From: Podarcis vaucheri
Taxonomy: Eukaryota
Strand: one strand, 5' to 3'
Assembly: GCA_965113315.1 (NCBI GenBank)
Contig: OZ220371.1
Length of the DNA: 64,000 nucleotides
Below, one piece after another: positions 25,996 to 36,124 of this stretch. The stretch's first letter is position 1. Every line of letters begins with the position of its first letter. The translations under genes were made by a program, and so were the position numbers. The notes beneath the pieces were generated by a model. It was given only the letters and a program-made list of their open reading frames with translations. It searched no databases and was not told where the DNA came from.

Positions 25996-26319
25996 AAGAT
26001 AAAGGGACCCCTGACCGTTAGGGGTTGCGGTGCTCATCTTGCTTTATTGGACAAGGGGGCCGGCGTGCAGTTTCTGGGTCATGTGGCCAGCAAAAACCGC
26101 TTCAGGCAAAACAGAGCAGCGCATGGAAACGCCGTTTACCTTACCGCCAGAGCGGGAGTATTTATCTACTTGCACTTTGACGTGCTTTCAAACTGCTAGG
26201 TTGGCAGGAGCTGGGACCGAGCAACGGGAGCTCACCCTGTCATGGGGATTTGAACCGCCAACCTTCTGATCGGCAAGCCCTAGGCTCTGTAGTTTATCCC
26301 AAAGCGCCACCCGTGTCCC
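25996..26319 (-). mobile_element. Sauria SINE inserted into a MITE (25958-26470)
   Basis: Similar to 1518-1867 with small deletions; TSD GGGGTA(C/T)GCATA at 25984-25995 and 26321-26332. Confidence 0.9.
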
Positions 26320-26617
26320 TGGGGTATGCATACCCCTAAACATTTTGTGAATCTTTGCACTTTGGTCCATTTACTGTATTTATTTTTCCCAATTTGAACT
26401 ATAAAATGGTGATTTTCTTGAGTCGAAATGAGAGTACCCCTAAACAATTTTTTTTTAGAAAAAAGTACTGAGTAGGATGCATTTTGCATGTTCAAACCTA
26501 TCATTCATTAGGTTCGCAGCTTCAGTTCTTGGCATCTCCAGGTAGGATGGAGGAAGAATCATGCCTGAAACCCGGGACACCGGCTCCAGGTCAGCGTAGA
26601 TAATAGAAGCCTCAAGA

Positions 26618-26756
26618 NNNNNNNNNNNNNNNNNNNNNNNNNNNNNNNNNNNNNNNNNNNNNNNNNNNNNNNNNNNNNNNNNNNNNNNNNNNNNNNNNNN
26701 NNNNNNNNNNNNNNNNNNNNNNNNNNNNNNNNNNNNNNNNNNNNNNNNNNNNNNNN
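26618..26756. other. Assembly gap (139 N) immediately upstream of the CpG island
   Basis: Run of n. Confidence 1.
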
Positions 26757-27125
26757 AACAGAAACCAGAAGGCTTCCAGCAAAGAAACAAGAGCAGCCAA
26801 TCACAGACCGCGCCACATTCCCAGGGGCGGAGCCAAGAGCAAGGGGACGTGGCCTGCAGACCGTCGTCGCGCGTCTGTTTTGTTTTGCCCCGCCGCTGCT
26901 GCTGCGCGCACGCGTACTTTGGCGGGCGAAATAGCCCCGCCACCCCGCTCGCCTTATGGGCCGACGGTGCCCCTCTTTCCCCCCTTGCGTTTCGTTGTCT
27001 TGCACTTCCGGCGCCGTCCTTTTCTGCTTCCGGGTTGGGGCGGAGAGGGTGGAGCGTCGCGGGCGCCGCCGCCGCTGCTGCCGCTGCCGCTTCCTCGGTA
27101 ACCAGCCGCCGTGTGAGGAAGCGCC
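26757..27125 (+). promoter_or_regulatory. BOD1L1: BOD1L1 CpG-island promoter / 5'UTR
   Basis: CpG-dense; CCAAT 26797, GC box 26824, NRF1-like TGCGCGCACGCG ~26903, E2F-like TTTGGCGGGCGAAA 26918-26931, ETS CTTCCGG at ~27005 and ~27027. Confidence 0.8.
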
Positions 27126-27401
27126 ATGTCCAGCAGCGGCAGCACCGTCGCCGCAACAGCAGCACCAGCAGCAGCGGCGGCCTCGGCGGCGACAGCAGCC
27201 TCGCCTCCCGCCCAGCCGCCGCCGCCGCCCCCTCCGCCTCCCCCGCCGCCGCCTCAGCCGCAGCCCCCGCCGCCGCTCCCCGGGACCTCCTCGGCCGCCG
27301 CCGCCGAGCCCGAGCTGGTCTCCCTCATCCTCAACCGCCTCAAGAGCCAAGGCCTCTTCGACCAGTTCCGCCGCGACTGCCTGGCCGACGTGGACACCAA
27401 G
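27126..27401 (+). CDS. BOD1L1: BOD1L1 coding exon 1 (Ala/Pro-rich N-terminus, start of BOD1/Shg1 domain)
   Basis: GCGCCATG start; LKSQGLFDQFRRDCLADVDTK; donor AAG|GTGAGG, phase 0. Confidence 0.95.
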
Positions 27402-28174
27402 GTGAGGGGACGCGGGGAGGGTCCTGCGGGGGGGGCGGCCCTTCGGAGCCCCGTTTGCCCAGAGACGCGCGCCCTCCCGCCACGCCCACACCTGGACCAA
27501 CCCCTGGCGGCGGCGGCGGCAGGAGGCGCTTCTGGAAACGCCCCCCCCCCGTCGGATAGCAGAAGCTCTTCCTGTTGAGTGCCTGCCTGCCTGCCTGCCA
27601 GAGGCGTCGAGGGCTGCAGCTCGGGGGTGGAGCCTGTGCTTCAGAGCCCTGTCCTTGGTATTAACGTTGTTGCTTTTAGGTTTATTTACACACACATACG
27701 CAGTGCCTCCCCCCCCCCCACAAGAGGGACTCCAGGCGAGAATAAGGACGAGAATAAGAACTGCTGAAAACGTAGAAGAAGAAGGAAACTTTAAGAGACT
27801 TAAAACCGTCCATCTATATATCAGAGGCGCCACGTTTCGCCTGACATTGGGGCGAGGACCATGTGATGTTGTGCAGTTGCACGCGCAACTGTTGAATCAG
27901 GAGGAAGCCCAGCGCAGAGAGCCCAGCCGTGCAGCTGGCCTCTCCATGGCTGGCCCTGTGGGCAAAGTGAGCTACGCAGAGGGGGCAGTCGTGATGGGAC
28001 TTGTAGTCCCCACTGGGCCTGCCCCAGAGGCAGGACTGGGGGGTGCGGCAGAGGCAATGACCTGTTGGTCATAGGGCAGGGTATGACCAGAGGCTCAGGA
28101 CTCTGGGAGCTCAGTCCCATCCAAGAGACTTTGAGGGGCTGAAGACACCTCTGCCCCCTAAAGTTGGTGTGTGT

Positions 28175-28277
28175 TTCTCAAATTTGGGTCTCCAGCTGTT
28201 GTCGGACTACAACACTCATCATCCCTAACTAGCAGGGGTGATGGGCGTTGTAGTTTGGAGACCTGAGTTTGAGAAAC
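28175..28277. mobile_element. Hairpin MITE (GGACTACAAC..CATCATCCC family)
   Basis: TTTCTCAAA..GGTCTCCA / TGGAGACC..TTTGAGAAA inverted arms. Confidence 0.65.
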
Positions 28278-28476
28278 AGCCAGTGCAAGCAATATGGAGC
28301 TAGACTTGTTTGAGGCAGCTTCCTGTGCTGCTGTGGCTCGAGGTGTGGAGTAAAAGCTTTGGGTTGGGGTGGGCTGCTGGCAGACTACTGGGCAGAGCCT
28401 GGCAGTGCCTGGCAGTTTGGGATGTGTGGCTTAATGGATGTGGGTTTTTACCTAAAAGTGAAAACAGAGACAAGTA

Positions 28477-28808
28477 CAGTGGTGCCCCGCAAGACGAATG
28501 CCTCGCAAGACGGAAAACTCACTAGACGAAAGAGTTTTCCGTTTTGGAGGCGCTTCGCAAAACAAATTTCCTATGGGCTTGCTTCGCAAGACGACAATGT
28601 CTTGCGAGTTCCTGCTGGTTTTTTCCCTCCCCCCTTTTTCTAAGCCGCTAAGCCGCTTATCAGCTGATCCGATCAGCAGATAAGCCGCTAAAAGCCACTA
28701 ATAGCGCTAATCCGCTAATCCGTCAATGGGCTTGCTTCGCAAGACGAAGAAACCGCTAGACGAAGAGAATCACGGAACGGATTCTTTTCGTCTTGCGAGG
28801 CACCACTG
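28477..28808. mobile_element. Tigger/pogo-like MITE, followed by a templated insert and a duplicated 34-bp terminus (28925-28958)
   Basis: TIR CAGTGGTGCC(C/T)CGCAAGACGAA, TA TSD. Confidence 0.9.
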
Positions 28809-29647
28809 TATTGAGCTGGGCTCTGGATCTGTGAAGTCCAGTGTGACATATTTGTGCATCTGTGCTTTCCGAAGGATGACTCAGGGACCCAGATCCAATG
28901 CTCTTCTCCTACACATGTATTTCAGAACGGATTCTTTTCATCTTGCGAGGCACCACTGTATAAAACAGCTCTTTTCCTTTAATTCTCCACCTCTGTGCTG
29001 TGAATTTGCTCCTTAACCAGAATTTTTAAGGTGAAAGTCGAAAGCATGAGGTGTCCGGTCAAACAGAAGACCTTGCAATCCTAGTTGCCAGGCAATTGAG
29101 AAAGATACCAAAGCTCTGCCCTCACCCGACCACTATTGTGAATACTCACTCATCTCCTGTTTTCCTCTTCCCTAGGCTAGTATCTTAGTGAAATAGATCT
29201 CACTGTGGTAGGAAATTTGTGGGGGGGCTGTATCACTTCAGACTGAAGGTGCAGACTCGTATGATAGAATGATTTGCAATTCAAAAACATGCTTTGTACG
29301 TAGAGAATTAGATGTTGATGAGAACTAGCCTATACTACAAGTGCAAGAGAGTACTCCGTGCTGTTTTTCCAGACAGAGGTGTAGGAACTCACCCTTGTTC
29401 TCTCTCAATGGCTCCCACCTGAAATAAAAGCCATTGTTTATTTAAAACAAATTATGCTAAATTTCATAACAAGCCAACTTCAAGCCATGTCTGGCTTCTT
29501 AAAATTACCCTTGTGTAAACCAGAATCCTCAGGTTGAATATAAAACCAAGCAGGGATTTGATTGAAACAAAACTTTTTCTGTGTGGTATGCAAGCCTGAC
29601 AGTTAGATTGGACTCATTCAGGCTTTTCAACATAGTGCTAAACCTGT

Positions 29648-30585
29648 CAGTTTGGATTTCATTGTGCAGAAAGTATTAATCTGATGTGTAGAGATCTTTG
29701 CTGTTCTACTTAATTCAAGAGGGTTCAGGAAGCTTCTCTGTGAAAGACACAAACAGAAGGTTTGTTTGTGTTATTCCTTCAGAGAAGCTGAGTACAGCTG
29801 GCTTAAACTGATTCTCTTCTCTTCTTCAAGGTTATGCAGCCTACACTGTAATAAGAGGCCAGAAGGGGGCTGGATTTCACTTTCTCTTTCTATCTCTCTT
29901 GCTTCAAGTGTGGTGTTCTGTACATAGCATGCTTAGTGTTAAGGTTTAGTCTTATTATAAGTTATTGTAAGTTTAAGTTAAGTCTGCTGCTACTGGATTT
30001 CCTATGGCCAGTGCCAATCCTGAATGTATTGGATTTGTGATCATTACGCTCATTTTTCTTAAGTAGCAGTAAAGCTCTGCTGAATGAAATACAATTGCCT
30101 CTGGTCTATTTTTTGGGGAATTCTGCAGCGTGTTTAAGTTTTTACTATTCTAACTATAGTTAGATTGGCTTCAACCAGAGCCAGGGCCTTTTCAACACTG
30201 GCCTCGGCCTGGTGGAACGCTCTGTCTCATGAGACCAGGGACCTGTGGGATCTGATTTCTTTTCGCAGGGCCTGTAAGACAGAGTTTGTTCCGCCTGGCC
30301 TTTGGCTTGGAGCCAATTTGATTCCCTCCCTCCCTCTCTTTTTTCTTTTCCTTCTCCTCCTGCAAGGAGGCTACATTTTAATATTTTAATGTTTCAATAT
30401 TTTAATGTATTTTAATTTTGTTTTTAAGTTGTAATCATTCAACTTGTTTTTATTATTGCTTGTAAGCCGCTCTGAGCCCGGCCTTGGCTGGGGGGGGCGG
30501 GGTATAAATAAATATTATTATTATTATTATACATTGGAATCTGCTCTGGATCAATACTGAGTAGAATTTCAATGTCAAAACCATG
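29648..30585 (+). repeat. Left arm of long intronic inverted repeat (interrupted by L2 tail)
   Basis: Reverse complement of ~32940-33686. Confidence 0.9.
30159..30530 (+). mobile_element. L2 LINE 3' end with (TAT)n tail
   Basis: RAFSTLASAWWNALSHETRDL..LISFRRACKTE; TGTAAGCCGC..GGGCGGGGTATAAATAAA(TAT)n. Confidence 0.85.
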
Positions 30586-30892
30586 ATTAGTGTTATATGT
30601 AAATGCGGCCAATTTCAGCCAATATGCAAGGCTTAAGCAAGTGAGATACCTACTCCTGGCTTAAGACCTGTTGGCAGGGAAATTTTCTTTAAATTAAAAC
30701 ATTTGTTCCTCTGCCCCAGTTAGAGAAGGCTGGTGTGTGTTATGTATTTCCTCCCTCTTTTTAATTGAGTCACTTTAAGCTATGGTGTATTATCAAACTA
30801 ATAGACTAGACACGTTAAAATCAATGGGCTTAGTTAGTGACTAGCTTAAATCCATGGATTTCAGTGAGACTTCTCCTGTGTATGAATAAGTG

Positions 30893-31012
30893 ATTGGTGG
30901 TATTCAGCTACGTTTTATCCAGAGTAGACCCATTGAGATTATATAATATAAGTTAAACCTATTAATTTCAATGGGTCTACACTGAGTTAAACTTAGTTGA
31001 GTACCTTCCATT
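30893..31012. mobile_element. Palindromic ~120-bp MITE-like element 73 bp upstream of exon 2
   Basis: AGTAGACCCATTGA / TCAATGGGTCTAC inverted arms; sibling of 1484-1969. Confidence 0.7.
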
Positions 31013-31085
31013 GTGTCCAATCTCATGAATGCCAAGGATATGCTAATAAGAAGTTTCACATAGCATTTCGCATTTTTCCTTTTAG

Positions 31086-31210
31086 CCTGCTTATCAGAAC
31101 TTGAGGCAGCGGGTGGACAACTTTGTTTCCAACCATCTAGCAACTCATACATGGAGTCCTCACCTGAACAAGAACCAACTGAGAAACAATATTAGACAAC
31201 AGGTTCTCAA
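31086..31210 (+). CDS. BOD1L1: BOD1L1 exon 2
   Basis: TTTAG|CCT; PAYQNLRQRVDNFVSNHLATHTWSPHLNKNQLRNNIRQQVL; AA|GTAAGT. Confidence 0.96.
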
Positions 31211-31925
31211 GTAAGTTTCACTCCTTAAAATGCAGCAATGCCTAATGTAGTTGCATTGGAGAAAACAGTACAGGGGTCCAACCAATTGTTTTTTTAGTGG
31301 TGTTCAGATAGCTGCTGACACATCATAAATTAAAATTTCATTTCATGACCACTTTGATGGGGTGGGAGTGGGAAGACTGCTGTTTGAGTCATTGTGACAA
31401 CTCACTAGTCTCTGAATTTAGTAGGAAGTTCACAGAAATATAAGAAATCATATGTATTGTATTTATCACTTATACTGCTTAACCTAAGAAATTGGATCTC
31501 CGCTCCATTTTTTTAACATAGAAAAAGCACGTACTAGTTTCAAGAGCAATTTAGAGAGTAGTGTTTAATAGATTACCATCTTTCAACTTAAGGATATTAC
31601 AGGTGTAGGCTTTGCTATGCTTAAATAAAAACAAATTCATATTTATTTCCATATCAGGTTATTATATTATTTTGTCCCATGAGTTAATACCAAACTCATT
31701 CTCCAAGCGTGGAGCCTTATGTAGCCAAAATGGCACCATCCAGTCACAAGTGGGAGTTACCGGCAGGCTTGTGGTGTCTCCCCAGACTTGCAGAACATAC
31801 TAAAGAACATACTTGCAGAACACACTAAAGATCAGAAATCTTTAGTGGGGGAGCCTTAATGGGGACTGGGGCTACATTTTTACCTAAAACCATTTTTAAA
31901 ATTGGTAATACTTTAACTTTTTAAC

Positions 31926-31962
31926 TGTGTGTGTGTGTGTGTGTGTGCGCGCGCGCGCGCGC
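31926..31962. repeat. (TG)n(GC)8 alternating purine-pyrimidine tract
   Basis: Direct reading. Confidence 0.95.
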
Positions 31963-32516
31963 CTATATTATAATTACCATAGTCTACAAACAATGAAAAT
32001 TTGATTGACTGAATTACAAGATAAAAAAGAGTTTTTCTATTGGCTTGAAGCAAAAATAAAGTATTACTTTTTAGCAAGTGTATTCACTGTGTGTGCTTCA
32101 GCACTGTTATCCCCATAATGGGCAGCCAAGTATTTCCCCCTGCTCCTCCCCAAGAAGTAAACAAGTTTGAAGCTTTATTGTTATAGTGCATTATTATAAG
32201 AGAGCTGGGGTAGGGTAGTGGCTAAGCGTGACCTATGAACCAGGAAGATCCAATTTCAAACATGTGTTGTTAGGCTAGTGACTCTCTGTTACTATCATAT
32301 ACATGCATGCTTTGTAATATGCAGGTGAATCTGGAGTATCTTATTAGGGAACCCCAAGAACATATATGATGAAGTCTTTGCACAACTGAAATAAGCTCTT
32401 TACTATTGTTATCATCATCATTATCAACATCCTCCTGTACAGAGTTATTGCAGGACCAATATGAGGCGAACTTCCTAGACAAAAATATGCTATTTTATGT
32501 TGTTGTTTTGTTTCAG

Positions 32517-32707
32517 ATCTGGAATGCTAGAATCTGGAATTGACAGAATAATTTCTCAAGTTGTCGATCCAAAGATCAATCACATATTCAGGCCGCAAGT
32601 AGAGAAAGCTGTCCATGAATTTTTAGCCACATTAAGCCACAAAGAGGAGGCCAGTCCCATCGCAGCTGCACCTGAGGAAAAACCGGACACTTCTGTTCTG
32701 ATCCAAG
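32517..32707 (+). CDS. BOD1L1: BOD1L1 exon 3
   Basis: TTTCAG|A; SGMLESGIDRIISQVVDPKINHIFRPQVEKAV; AAG|GTATTT. Confidence 0.96.
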
Positions 32708-32939
32708 GTATTTATGTCCATTGTTCCCGGCAGAACTGATGTGCTATGAAGTCTTAATTTGGAGCTTGGTGACTCTGTAAGCAGATGGGAAGGTATCAAG
32801 GAAGGGAAGCTGAGGTTTAGCCTCCCAACTTCTAAGTAAGTGTTCATGGTGCAATCTTACCAGTATAGGAGTTGGTCTGAAATTGAGTTGAGTCCTAATT
32901 AATTATCATGATCTCCTCCAAGGATCAATTATATGTAGG

Positions 32940-33686
32940 ATGATTCTGTCATTTATTCTACTCATATTGATCCAGAGCAGAACTCCAGTGGTATAGTTAG
33001 CAGAGTAAAAACTTAAACACGTTGCAGGATCCCCAAAAAATAGACCAGAGGCAATTGTATTTCATCCAGCAGAGCATTACTGCTGCTGAAGAAAATTGAG
33101 CATAATGGTCACAAATCCAATACATTCAGGATTGGCACTGGCCATAAGAAGTCCAGTTGCAGCAGACTTAATTCAAACTTGCAGTAACTTATAATAAGAC
33201 TAAACCTTAACACTAAACATACTATATACAAAACACCACACAGTTGGAAAGAGAGATGAAGAAGAGAGTGAAACCCAGGTTCCTTTTGGCCTTGCTATTA
33301 GAGTCAGCATGACCTTGACAGAAAAAGATAACAGAATCAGTTTAAGCCTGCTGTACGCAGCTGCTCTGAAGGAATAACCCAAACATCATGTGTTTCTTTT
33401 ACACAGAGAAGCTTCTACAACTCTCTTGAATTAGTTGCAGGTAGGTAACTGTGTTGGTCTGCCGTAGTCGAAACAAAATAAAAAAAATTCCTTCCAGTAG
33501 CATCTTAGAGACGAACTAAGTTAGCTATTGGTATGAGCTTTAGTGTGCATGCACACTTCTTCAGATCTTCAGCTGGTCTCTAAGGTGCTACTGGAAGGAA
33601 TTTTTTAATTTTCTCTTGAATTAATTAGAATAGGAAAGATCTCTACACATCAGGTCAGTACTTTCTGTGCTAAGAAATGCAAACTG
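32940..33686 (-). repeat. Right arm of long intronic inverted repeat (interrupted by Penelope fragment)
   Basis: Reverse complement of 29648-30585. Confidence 0.9.
33434..33611. mobile_element. Penelope-like fragment with partial inverted duplication
   Basis: TTCCTTCCAGTAGCATCTTAGAGAC / GTCTCTAAGGTGCTACTGGAAGGAA; 12-bp TSD TCTCTTGAATTA. Confidence 0.7.
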
Positions 33687-33740
33687 GAGGATCCCCCCGC
33701 CCCAGAAAAATCTTTGATCACATTGGACGTTGACCATATA

Positions 33741-33992
33741 CAGTGGTACCTCTGGTTGCGAACGGGATCCATTCCGGAGGCCCGTTCGCAACCTGAAAAG
33801 GACACAACCCGCGTCTGCACACGCGCGAGTTGCAATTCGCCGCTTCTGCGCATGCGCTTGACGTCATTTTGCGTGTCTGTGCGTGCTTGAGTGGCGAAAC
33901 CTGGAAGTAACCCTTTCTGGTTCTTCCGGGTCACCGCAGGACACAACCTGAAAACACACAACCTGAAGCAAATTTAACATGAGGTATGACTG
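33741..33992. mobile_element. Tigger-like MITE
   Basis: TA|CAGTGGTACCTC ... GAGGTATGACTG|TA. Confidence 0.85.
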
Positions 33993-34128
33993 TATGCGTG
34001 AAGCCTGCAATATCCCCTCCCCCCAATTACTCAGGTTTCTTTTTTGCTTTAATATATGAGACATGAATGTAAGAGCAGATTTTTCCGACTAATGGATGAC
34101 ATTTGTTCTTTACTTAACTCCTTTGAAG

Positions 34129-34755
34129 GTGTTCCTGCTTCCACTCCAAGCACAAATGTAGCTAATGATGCTATGTCCATTTTGGAAACAATCACTTCTC
34201 TAAACCAAGAAGCAAGTGCAGCCAGGGCATCCACAGAAGCAACAAATTCAAAGACTAATGACAGAGTCCCGAAAAAACTCCTGTCTCAGCAGAGCACAGA
34301 TGGTGGTATAGAGAAAGACGGTGGTGTAGAGAATTCAGAAGATCTGCTAGATGGAGAGAAATTGCTTTGTGACTCTGCAGAAGAAAGCTCTGAACCAGTA
34401 TCCAACTCAGAAGATGTAAATAACTTATTTTCTTCAAGTGAAGAAGGGAAAAGTCTGTCAAAAGAAATTAACAGTTTGGTTAACCCAAGCAAAGAAGCTG
34501 CACAGGAAAGTGATGAGCAGAAAAGTAAACTGATGGCCCAAAGTGATAGGAAAATAGAGAGCATGGAGAAAGGAGAGAGGAAAAAGGAGAAGAAAGAAAA
34601 ATCTGAGAAAAAGTTGGACCGCTTGAAAAAGAGTGGTGATGATCTAAAGGCTAAAGAAGAGAAGTCCCTGAAAGATAGAGAGGCAGAATCAGCCAAATAT
34701 TCAGCTCTGGAGAAGAACAGTAGTAAGCACAAAGCAATGGAAAGTACAAAAGAAG
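34129..34755 (+). CDS. BOD1L1: BOD1L1 exon 4
   Basis: NVANDAMSILETITSLNQEASAARAS; AG/GT boundaries, phase 1-1. Confidence 0.93.
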
Positions 34756-35076
34756 GTATAAAAACCACAGGTTGCCATGCAATATGAGGGTGGGGCGGGG
34801 CTATTGGGGTTGATAAGAAAGTTCTAATTTCTGTAGGATGCTCTGTAGTGTTAGAAAGCAAATATTTGCAACAGCATTTTGTTGCTTATGTGTACTAAGA
34901 GTGCCATTTTTTTTCATCTGCAATTTGACGGCAAAATTTAAGAGACCAGAAGCAGCTTTCCATGTGATGTTTGAAGGATGTAAATTGGCAAGCCTCCCCC
35001 AGGCATTCATGTAAGCCATTTCCACTTGCATGTGGGACTCTGGGCCCATGTTTTAAAAGATCTTCCTTTCTTTCAG

Positions 35077-35226
35077 AACTGGTTTTGGAGGATTCTGATG
35101 TTGACATACTCAGTGATATCACTGTTAGCTCTGTGCACACCAGTGATCTTTCTTCCTTTGAAGAACAAAGTGAAGAGGAAGTTGCGCTTTCAGACAGCAC
35201 AGAAGAAGGAGAGATCGTTTCTGATG
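35077..35226 (+). CDS. BOD1L1: BOD1L1 exon 5
   Basis: DSDVDILSDITVSSVHTSDLSSFEE..SDSTEEGEI; phase 1-1. Confidence 0.94.
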
Positions 35227-35408
35227 GTAAGGTAACAGTCCTGAAGCTGCACTGGATTTAATTCCCTAGCTAGGAGAAAGCAAAATGTGAACATTTATCT
35301 TCAAATATGCATCTTTGACCACTAGTCCTAGTAGCTAGGGAGGCTGGGAGTTGTCCCAACAGCTGGGGACCCAAGTTTGAGAAATAATGTGTTATACTGA
35401 TGTTGATA

Positions 35409-35808
35409 CAGTGGTGCCTCACAAGACGAAAAGAATCCGTTCCGCGAGTCTCTTCGTCTTGCAGCAAGCCCATTAGCGGATTAGCGCTATTAGTTGCTTA
35501 GCGGGCTAAGCGGATCAGCTGATAAGCGGCTTAGCGATCAGCTGATAAGCGGCTTAGCGATCAGCTGATAAGCGGCTTAGCGGATCAGCTGATAAGCGGC
35601 TTAGCAGTTTAGGATCAGCTGATAAGCGGCTTAGCGGCTTGGGGAAAAGGGGGGGAGGGGAAAAAACCCACAGGAACTCGCAAGACATTTTCATCTTGCG
35701 AAGCAAGCCCATAGGAAATTCGTTTTGCGAAGCACCTCCAAAACGGAAAACCCTTTCATCTAGCGGGTTTTCCGTCTTGCGAGGCATTCGTCTTGCGGGG
35801 CACCACTG
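35409..35808. mobile_element. Tigger/pogo-like MITE with expanded internal 23-24-bp minisatellite
   Basis: TIRs plus TA; five GATCAGCTGATAAGCGGCTTAGC units. Confidence 0.9.
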
Positions 35809-35827
35809 TACAGAGTTTAAGTTGATA

Positions 35828-36124
35828 CAGTGGTGCCTCGCAAGATGAAATTAATCCATTCCGCAAGTCTCTTCGTCTTGCGGTTTTTTCGTCTTGCGAA
35901 GCATGGCTATTGGCGGCTTAGCGGCTGTTAGTGGCTTAGCGGCTATTAACGGCTTAGCGGCTTTAAGAAAAAGGAAACAAACTAGCAAGAACTCGCAAGA
36001 CGTTTCGTCTTGCGAAGCAAACCCATAGGGAAATTCGTCTTGCGGAACGACTCAAAAAACGGGAAACTCTTTCGTCTTGCGCGTTTTTCGTCTTGCGAGG
36101 CATTCGTCTTGTGAGGTACCACTG
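35828..36124. mobile_element. Related Tigger/pogo-like MITE, 19 bp downstream
   Basis: CAGTGGTGCCTCGCAAGA..TCTTGTGAGGTACCACTG, TA TSD. Confidence 0.88.

Noticed and set aside
26455-27833. Long minus-strand and alternate-frame ORFs (424, 236, 149 aa) over the promoter
   Set aside because: By-products of a GC-rich CpG island with few stop codons; several run through the N gap and none shows domain motifs.
35510-35640. CRISPR-like short palindromic repeats
   Set aside because: No unique spacers; eukaryotic MITE-internal minisatellite.
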